A model generated the notes under the pieces. That model was given only the letters and a program-made list of their open reading frames with translations, was not told where the DNA came from and did not search any database. This document shows positions 36,722-42,545 of a DNA stretch of 42,545 nt, in pieces. The stretch covers positions 1 through 42,545 of the forward strand of contig CADBSI010000024.1 of assembly GCA_902797275.1 (NCBI GenBank), written 5' to 3'. The position numbers were made by a program, and so were the translations under genes. This DNA is from an uncultured Erysipelotrichaceae bacterium. GTDB taxonomy: Bacteria; Bacillota_I; Bacilli_A; RF39; UBA660. Numbering within the stretch: position 1 is the stretch's first letter; each line of letters begins with the position of its first letter.

Positions 36722-36927
36722 AAAAAGAAGGAACAGTAAAAAAATATGATGGTTATACAGGTATCATTAATGATTATTTAGGAAAAGAGTACTTATTATT
36801 AAAAAAAGAAACATTAGAAAAAATAAATGAAAAAGATATTGTTATATTTGATCCAGAAGTTGTTATTACATCAGAAGAAGATAGAAATGTTGCTAGGTTT
36901 GTAAAGAAAAAAGTTTTAAAACCATAA
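36718..36927 (+). CDS. Small cold-shock-domain-like (OB-fold-like) protein
   Basis: 69 aa. AAGGAGG RBS 8 nt upstream. ATGA overlap with the preceding ORF. GTVKKYDGYTGIINDYLGKEYLLLKK ... IVIFDP ... ARFV follows the spacing of the CspA pattern GTVKWFN..KGFGFI...G.DVFVH...V.F. Confidence 0.45.
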   Translation: MKKEGTVKKYDGYTGIINDYLGKEYLLLKKETLEKINEKDIVIFDPEVVITSEEDRNVARFVKKKVLKP

Positions 36928-36961
36928 TAAAAGAAATTAGCTAAGGCTAATTTTTTTTGTA
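36926..36961. repeat. Right copy of the direct repeat (terminator of the cassette)
   Basis: Identical 32 nt (36926-36957), then one extra T, then GTA. It starts inside the TAA stop of the 69-aa ORF and ends 40 nt before the spoVAC ATG. Confidence 0.9.
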
Positions 36962-37001
36962 TATTTTTCTAATTTTTACTAATAATATAATTGGTGAAAA
37001 T

Positions 37002-37442
37002 ATGGAAAAAAAGTTATATGATAAATTAGTTTTAGAACATGCTCCTAAAGAGAAAAGGTTAGAAAATGCTGTTATTGCTTTTTTAATAGGAGGAGTTATG
37101 GGGGTAATAGGGGAGTTATTAGTTGAATTTTATGGTTATTATTTACACATATCAAGAAGCGATGCTTCAGTTTTTATGATTATAACTTTAATATTTTTAG
37201 CAAGTTTATTTACAGCTCTTGGTTTCTTTGATAAATGGGTTAAGTTTGCTAAGTGTGGCTTGATAATTCCAATTACCGGGTTTGCTCATTCTATGACTAG
37301 TGCTGCTATTGAATATAAAAGAGAAGGTTTTGTAACTGGACTTGGTGCTAATATGTTTAAACTTGCTGGAACAGTTATTTTATATGGAGTAGTATCAGCT
37401 TATATTTTTGGTCTTATAAGACTTATAATAGGAGGTATCTAA
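37002..37442 (+). CDS. spoVAC: Stage V sporulation protein AC
   Basis: About 146 aa from the ATG at 37002 (GGTGA RBS; the track TTG at 36957 lies in the terminator repeat). Polytopic. FLIGGVMGVIGE and ITGFAHSM blocks are typical of SpoVAC. Confidence 0.8.
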   Translation: MEKKLYDKLVLEHAPKEKRLENAVIAFLIGGVMGVIGELLVEFYGYYLHISRSDASVFMIITLIFLASLFTALGFFDKWVKFAKCGLIIPITGFAHSMTSAAIEYKREGFVTGLGANMFKLAGTVILYGVVSAYIFGLIRLIIGGI

Positions 37443-38434
37443 TGACTTTTCGCTTTGATAATGTTTATATTCGTGATGTTGCAACAGTTGTAGGTCCATA
37501 TGAAAGTAAAGGTCCTCTTTCAAAAAAGTTTGATCAAAGTTATGATGATATGTACTTTGACTGTGATTCTTTTGAAAAAGCTGAAGTAAAAATTTTATTT
37601 GATAGTATAAATATTTTATTAAATAAAGTAAAAAAAGATAAATCAGATATAGATTTATTTATTTCCGGAGATTTGCAAAATCAAATTACTGCTAGTTCCT
37701 ATGTTGCTAGAAATTTAAAACTTCCTTTTTTAGGAATATATTCAGCTTGTGCTACTAATGTAGAAGGATTGATAATTGGTTCTAATTTCTTAGAAAACCA
37801 TTTAGTAGATAATGTTTTAGTTTCTGTTAGTAGTCATAATATGGTATCAGAAAAACAATTTAGAAATCCAACAGAGTATGGGGCTCCTAAACCTAAAACA
37901 GCAACTTTTACAGCAACAGGAGGAGCAAGTTGTTTATTGACTAATAAAAGTGGAAAAGTTAAAATAACTGCTGGTACTATTGGTAAAGTTGTTGATTATA
38001 ACCAAACTAATCCTTTAGATATGGGTTCGGTTATGGCTCCTGCAGCAGCTGACGTTTTAAATACTCATTTAAATGATTTAGATAGAGATATTACCGATTA
38101 TGATTTAATTTTAACAGGTGATTTAGGAATAATCGGTAAGAATATTTTAATTGATTTCATGAAAAGTGAATATGGAATTGATATAGAAAATATTTATAAT
38201 GATTGTGGTGTTATGTTATATGATTTAGAAAAACAAAAAGATGTTTTAGCCGGTGGATCAGGTCCTGTTTGTAGTGCTTTAGTAGTATATTCAGATATTA
38301 TTAAAAAACTAGAGAAGAAGGAATTAAAAAGAGTTTTATATATTGCAACGGGAGCTTTATTTAATCCGACTTCAGTTTTTCAAAAAGAAAATATTTTAGG
38401 AATAGCTCATGCTATTAGTTTGGAGAGCATATGA
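37442..38434 (+). CDS. spoVAD: Stage V sporulation protein AD (thiolase-fold)
   Basis: 330 aa. Thiolase-like GIYSACAT with the Cys nucleophile position, GDLG, LAGGSGPVCSA. TAATG junction with spoVAC. Confidence 0.85.
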   Translation: MTFRFDNVYIRDVATVVGPYESKGPLSKKFDQSYDDMYFDCDSFEKAEVKILFDSINILLNKVKKDKSDIDLFISGDLQNQITASSYVARNLKLPFLGIYSACATNVEGLIIGSNFLENHLVDNVLVSVSSHNMVSEKQFRNPTEYGAPKPKTATFTATGGASCLLTNKSGKVKITAGTIGKVVDYNQTNPLDMGSVMAPAAADVLNTHLNDLDRDITDYDLILTGDLGIIGKNILIDFMKSEYGIDIENIYNDCGVMLYDLEKQKDVLAGGSGPVCSALVVYSDIIKKLEKKELKRVLYIATGALFNPTSVFQKENILGIAHAISLESI

Positions 38435-38781
38435 TATACATATATTCATTTTTATTTGCAGGTTTAATTTGTTTAATTGGTCAATTAATTCTTGATAATA
38501 CTAAGTTAACCCCAGGTCATATTACTAGTTTATTTGTTATAATTGGATCGTTTTTAGATATTTTTAACATTTATGATTTAATAGTTGCTCATGTTGGAGG
38601 AGGTGCTTTAGTACCAATTACATCATTTGGTCATTTATTAATTCATGGTGGTATGCAAGGTGCTATGGAAAATGGTTTTATAGGTCTTGCTATGGGAATG
38701 TTTAATTTTACAGCATCTGGTATAACTTCAGCTATTTTCTTTGCATTTATCTTTTCTTTATTCTTTAAACCAAGAGACTAA
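38431..38781 (+). CDS. spoVAE: Stage V sporulation protein AE (AEb type)
   Basis: 116 aa membrane protein homologous in pattern to SpoVAC (PITSFGHLL). ATGA overlap with spoVAD. Confidence 0.8.
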   Translation: MIYIYSFLFAGLICLIGQLILDNTKLTPGHITSLFVIIGSFLDIFNIYDLIVAHVGGGALVPITSFGHLLIHGGMQGAMENGFIGLAMGMFNFTASGITSAIFFAFIFSLFFKPRD

Positions 38782-38806
38782 AAAAAGTAATATGAATTAC
38801 TTTTTT
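38781..38806. terminator. Bidirectional terminator between spoVAE and veg
   Basis: AAAAAAGTAAT (38781-38791), loop ATGA, ATTACTTTTTT (38796-38806). Confidence 0.6.
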
Positions 38807-39014
38807 AATCAATTATTTCTAAGTTTTCAATTAGGATATCACTATAAGTAAAAGATTTAATTTTATTATCATCTGTTTTAATAGTAAATATAAAATTATA
38901 CATATCTTCAATACTACCATTAAATTCTTCTATTTGATTTCTAGCTCCATTAAATTTAAAATGTAAATTCTTACCTTTCTTACTTTCTAAATTATCTTTA
39001 ATTTTACTAATCAT
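38805..39014 (-). CDS. veg: Veg-family protein
   Basis: 69 aa. The IK..L....GK.L.FK.NG.RN...E..G.I...Y...F.I ... SF.YSDIL.E pattern follows Bacillus Veg. Position after yabG as in Bacillus. Confidence 0.65.
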   Translation of the reverse strand: MISKIKDNLESKKGKNLHFKFNGARNQIEEFNGSIEDMYNFIFTIKTDDNKIKSFTYSDILIENLEIID

Positions 39015-39784
39015 CTTGGATACCCCACATACATTGTTCCATTAGTAATAATTCCTCCAATTCCTTTAGAACCATATTTAGTTTTTTCTAATATATTAAT
39101 TAAATCAATTGGTTTAGATTTATCACTTAAAGCAACACTTGAAGCTATAATAGCAGGATCTAAGGCATGTATATTTATTCTTTTAGGACTAGAAGCAAAA
39201 TTAGCTCCTGCTTTAATTAATTCTTCATAATTAGATTGACAAGCTCCTGCAATTATTATTAATCTATTGTGATCATAATATTTTCTAGCTTCTTTAACTC
39301 CTTTAATAAAATTACTAGTATTTTTATAATTATCATTATTAGATTCATTACCAAGTTTTTTATAATAAGCATCATGACCGGTAATAACTAATATATCCGG
39401 ATTATATTCATCTAGTAATTTTTTTATATGATTACTAATATCTTCTTCTCTAGCTTTAAAACCAATTGCTTTTACATGAACTTGTTTATAAAAATCCATA
39501 CATCTTTCTAAATAATCTTCATCACCATCAATATGCAAAACTTTACCAGGTAAATAAAAATATTCATTTCGATCTAATTTAATATCAAATCTATCTAAGA
39601 AAATATCATCATCTTTTATCTTTTCTTTAGTATCAACTTTTCTTAAATCTGAAAGATCACTATCAGCAAATAATCTTATATTTATTCCTTTTAAAGTAGC
39701 AATATTATTATCAATATCAATTATTTTAAAGATAGTATCATTATTATATGAATTTCTAGTTACTAAATCACCTACATTAAACAT
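39011..39784 (-). CDS. yabG: Sporulation-specific protease YabG (peptidase U57)
   Basis: 257 aa. ILVITGHDAY and IIAGACQSNYE blocks. rsmA-yabG-veg order as in Bacillus. Confidence 0.7.
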   Translation of the reverse strand: MFNVGDLVTRNSYNNDTIFKIIDIDNNIATLKGINIRLFADSDLSDLRKVDTKEKIKDDDIFLDRFDIKLDRNEYFYLPGKVLHIDGDEDYLERCMDFYKQVHVKAIGFKAREEDISNHIKKLLDEYNPDILVITGHDAYYKKLGNESNNDNYKNTSNFIKGVKEARKYYDHNRLIIIAGACQSNYEELIKAGANFASSPKRINIHALDPAIIASSVALSDKSKPIDLINILEKTKYGSKGIGGIITNGTMYVGYPR

Positions 39785-39836
39785 ATAATCATCTCCAAAA
39801 AATTATATGTTTAAATTTTTAAAATATACAAAAAAC

Positions 39837-40628
39837 TTAAGCTAAATTATTACTTAAGTCAACAAATACTATAAGGGGTAAATCTTCTGCTCTTGTATTT
39901 AAATTAAAATTATATTTATTTAAAACTTTTTCTACTATGGTAAGATCATAATTTTTTAAATTATTTCTAATAGTTTTTCTTTTAAATTTAAAAGAATCTT
40001 TTAATAATTTATTAAAGTTATCTATATCTTTTAAATATAATAAATCTTTTTTATTAACAAGAGAAATAACTATACTATCAACATTTGGTTTTGGTATAAA
40101 ACAATTACGTGATACAATAAATTCTTTTTTTAAATCAAAATAGTAATTTAAATAAACAGTTAGTGAATTATATTCTTTCATACCTGGTTTAGCATTAAAT
40201 CTTTCTCCAACTTCTTTTTGAATCATAACAACTATTTTTTGAAATTTTAAATTACTTTCTATTATCTTTTCAATAATAGGTGTAGTAATGTAATAAGGTA
40301 AATTTGCTATTAAATATAAGTTATCATATTCATAGTTTTTTATATCTTCTTTTATATCTCTTTTTAAAAAATCATCAAATATAATATGAATATTATTATA
40401 ATCTTTTAAAGATTCATCTAAAATATTTTCTAATCTTGTATCTATTTCATAGCATAAAACATGTTTAGAAACTTTAGCTATTTCTTTAGTTAAATTACCA
40501 CTTCCAGCACCTATTTCTATTGTTAAAGAATTACCACTTACATTAGCAGTAGCTACTATATTTTCTAAGATGTTTTTATCTTGTAAAAAGTTTTGACCAA
40601 GACTTTTCTTAAAATTAAAATCGTTCAT
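39837..40628 (-). CDS. rsmA: 16S rRNA (adenine1518/1519-N6)-dimethyltransferase RsmA/KsgA
   Basis: 263 aa. KKSLGQNFL, EIGAGSGNLT and NLPYYITTPI motifs. Confidence 0.85.
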   Translation of the reverse strand: MNDFNFKKSLGQNFLQDKNILENIVATANVSGNSLTIEIGAGSGNLTKEIAKVSKHVLCYEIDTRLENILDESLKDYNNIHIIFDDFLKRDIKEDIKNYEYDNLYLIANLPYYITTPIIEKIIESNLKFQKIVVMIQKEVGERFNAKPGMKEYNSLTVYLNYYFDLKKEFIVSRNCFIPKPNVDSIVISLVNKKDLLYLKDIDNFNKLLKDSFKFKRKTIRNNLKNYDLTIVEKVLNKYNFNLNTRAEDLPLIVFVDLSNNLA

Positions 40629-40659
40629 AAATACCTCTAATTCATTATAACATCATTGT

Positions 40660-41502
40660 TTAAAGATGTCTATTTTCTTTAATGTTTTTACCATAACCTA
40701 AAACATTTCTTTTTCCATCAAATATAGTTGCATTAGGAAATAACACTTTAATAGTATCAAGTTCTTGATATAATTTAGAATCATCTCCAAGGCAAATTCC
40801 ATTTATTAACATAGGAGGAATTCCTCCTGGAATAGCTGACCAAAAATAAGTTCTACTAAATTTATCATGAAAATCACTTGAAGAAGACATTGGTAAAATT
40901 AAGTTTTCATATATATCAATTATTTCTTTAGGATATAAGGCAGTAATTTTTTCTTTTTTAGTTTTTCTAATTCTTTGATATTCAAAGAAATCTAGTTTTA
41001 ATAATTCATTCATGTAATAGTTTCTTTTATCAAAAAATAACCATATATGTGTATCACTTGTTATATACATTAAATATTTATAATAAGCATCACGGTTATT
41101 AGTCATTTTATTTTCTTCTAAACTATTAAAACGATTCAAAAAAGTACAAAAACAAGCTTCTTTTTCTTTTTCTAATTGGCCAAACCATTCACTTGCTACA
41201 AGACCAGCCATACTTATACTTTTTAAAACTTTCATGTTAGCTGGTAAAATATGAAAATAACTATTTTCATCAAAAATTACTTTATCTTCGTTTTCTAACA
41301 TTTTAAAATAGTTATCATTTTTTTCTAAGTTTGAATATATTTCAAAATAAATTCTTTCAAGTTCTATAAGAGCTTTTTTTCTATTAGATGTATAATCAAA
41401 ATGATTAATAAAACTATCTAAATAGCAATTAGCAATTAATTCTAAATTCATTCCTTGTAAATTAATAGGATTTATACTTCTTTTTATGTCATTTATGTTC
41501 AT
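40660..41502 (-). CDS. Hypothetical protein
   Basis: 280 aa. GGTGAT RBS. Only 31 nt upstream of rsmA, so probably co-transcribed. No recognisable motif. Confidence 0.5.
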   Translation of the reverse strand: MNINDIKRSINPINLQGMNLELIANCYLDSFINHFDYTSNRKKALIELERIYFEIYSNLEKNDNYFKMLENEDKVIFDENSYFHILPANMKVLKSISMAGLVASEWFGQLEKEKEACFCTFLNRFNSLEENKMTNNRDAYYKYLMYITSDTHIWLFFDKRNYYMNELLKLDFFEYQRIRKTKKEKITALYPKEIIDIYENLILPMSSSSDFHDKFSRTYFWSAIPGGIPPMLINGICLGDDSKLYQELDTIKVLFPNATIFDGKRNVLGYGKNIKENRHL

Positions 41503-41591
41503 AGTATCACCAAACTAGTTTGTATTATAACATTTTTATTTTTTTTTAACAAGACTATTCTTTTTTTTAAAATTAATAGTATAATATAAGT

Positions 41592-42395
41592 ATGAAAAAA
41601 GAAATTATATATTTAATTATTTTAGTTATATTTATTTCACTTTTTGGTTTGTTAGTTTTAAAAAAACAAGTAAAAAAGGAAAATACTAACCCTTATCAAG
41701 AATTTAATTTTTATAAAGAAAGTAATTTAGAAAGATATAAAAAATATTATTTAAATAATAATTATTCTTATAAGGATGTTGTTTTAAGAGTTAATATGAA
41801 TCTTGATAATAGTTTTTATACTAATACCAAGGAAATTAATAATTTTGATTTATTAATGCTAGTTAATAAGTATAATTATGTTAATAATAATTTTAAACCA
41901 ACTGATTTAGTTAAAGTTTCAAAATTTGCTGTTAATAATATGTATTTAAATAAAACATGTATGGAAGCTTTTATTAATTTAGCTAGTAATGCTTTAAAAG
42001 AAGGGTATAATATTCGAGCTATTTCAACTTATAGAACTTATGATTATCAAAATAATTTATATAATAATTATGCTAAAAAAGATGGAGTAGATAAAGCTGA
42101 TACATATTCGGCTCGCCCTGGCTTTTCCGAGCATCATACGGGTCTTGCTATTGATGTTGATAATATAAAAACAAATTTCAATAATTTTGAAAATACAAAT
42201 GAATTCAAATGGATGCAAGAAAATGCTTATAAATATGGTTTTATTTTAAGGTATCCAAGTGATAAAGTAGATATAACTGGTTATATGTATGAACCATGGC
42301 ATTATCGTTATGTTGGAAGAGAAATTGCTAAAATAATCAAAGAGAAAAACTTAACTTTTGAAGAATACTATTATGAATACTTAGACAAAGGATAG
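41592..42395 (+). CDS. M15B (VanY-type) D-alanyl-D-alanine carboxypeptidase, membrane anchored
   Basis: 267 aa. N-terminal TM. STYRTYDYQ, PGFSEHHTGLAIDV and EPWHYRYVG motifs. Confidence 0.8.
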   Translation: MKKEIIYLIILVIFISLFGLLVLKKQVKKENTNPYQEFNFYKESNLERYKKYYLNNNYSYKDVVLRVNMNLDNSFYTNTKEINNFDLLMLVNKYNYVNNNFKPTDLVKVSKFAVNNMYLNKTCMEAFINLASNALKEGYNIRAISTYRTYDYQNNLYNNYAKKDGVDKADTYSARPGFSEHHTGLAIDVDNIKTNFNNFENTNEFKWMQENAYKYGFILRYPSDKVDITGYMYEPWHYRYVGREIAKIIKEKNLTFEEYYYEYLDKG

Positions 42396-42430
42396 TAGTA
42401 AATAAAGAAAATTTTACATAAATATAAATA

Positions 42431-42460
42431 AAAAAAGTTTTAAAAACTTTTTTTATTTTT
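42431..42460 (+). terminator. Weak AT-rich terminator
   Basis: AAAAAAGTTT / AAACTTTTTT palindrome with a 3-nt loop, followed by a T-run. Confidence 0.35.
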
Positions 42461-42545
42461 CAGAGTGTTGACAAAGTTCAATACTCTTTTCTTAAAAAAA
42501 ATAATGTGATATAATTGATTTTGTAAGGATGCTTTATTTTATCCA

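Noticed and set aside
36957-37001. TTG at 36957 as the spoVAC start (161-aa version)
   Set aside because: The extra 15 codons lie in the T-run of the terminator repeat and have no RBS. The ATG at 37002 has a GGTGA RBS and gives the usual SpoVAC N-terminus.
1-42545. Autonomous mobile element, prophage, CRISPR-Cas, restriction-modification or other known defence genes
   Set aside because: I read all ORF translations. There is no transposase, integrase/recombinase, reverse transcriptase, Cas, methyltransferase/restriction pair, or phage structural protein. There are no terminal inverted repeats around the cassette. The only helicase is a lone helicase IV-like gene with no nuclease partner.

Overview
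This is a very AT-rich (roughly three-quarters A+T by eye) chromosomal segment from an endospore-forming low-GC Firmicute. It carries spo0A, an alpha/beta-type SASP, spoVAC-AD-AEb, yabG and veg. The lineage is possibly an Erysipelotrichia/Clostridia-type one; that is inference only. About 40 ORFs look real. Most are housekeeping genes, several in Bacillus-like micro-synteny: ezrA-iscS-thiI-SASP, M29 aminopeptidase, T-box-controlled asnS, PrsW-like protease, clpC, a FemAB transferase, spo0A, pgk-GT28-tpiA, a UvrD-like helicase, a GT4 glycosyltransferase, rplM-rpsI, a DAG-kinase-like lipid kinase, two M15 DD-peptidases, a guanine-deaminase-like protein, dnaI plus an RNB-only ribonuclease, and rsmA-yabG-veg. 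I found no rRNA, tRNA, CRISPR array, transposase, integrase or phage structural gene. The best candidate for something new is a 3.5-kb cassette (33406-36961) immediately upstream of spoVAC. It is bracketed by a 32-nt perfect direct repeat, which is a duplicated terminator plus the last codons of the upstream gene. The cassette holds one ~1,065-codon reading frame with no family I can recognise. That frame is interrupted by a single in-frame TGA (34811-34813) and contains three 78-bp tandem coding repeats whose differences are all synonymous. It is translationally coupled to a 69-aa cold-shock-domain-like ORF. Secondary oddities: a minimal kinase-like / HAD-like gene pair; a Clp D1-only AAA+ protein with an acidic tail coupled to a small membrane protein; a glycolipid glycosyltransferase inserted in-phase between pgk and tpiA; and tandem 0A boxes upstream of spo0A. 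All functional calls come from reading motifs by eye. No database search was run.
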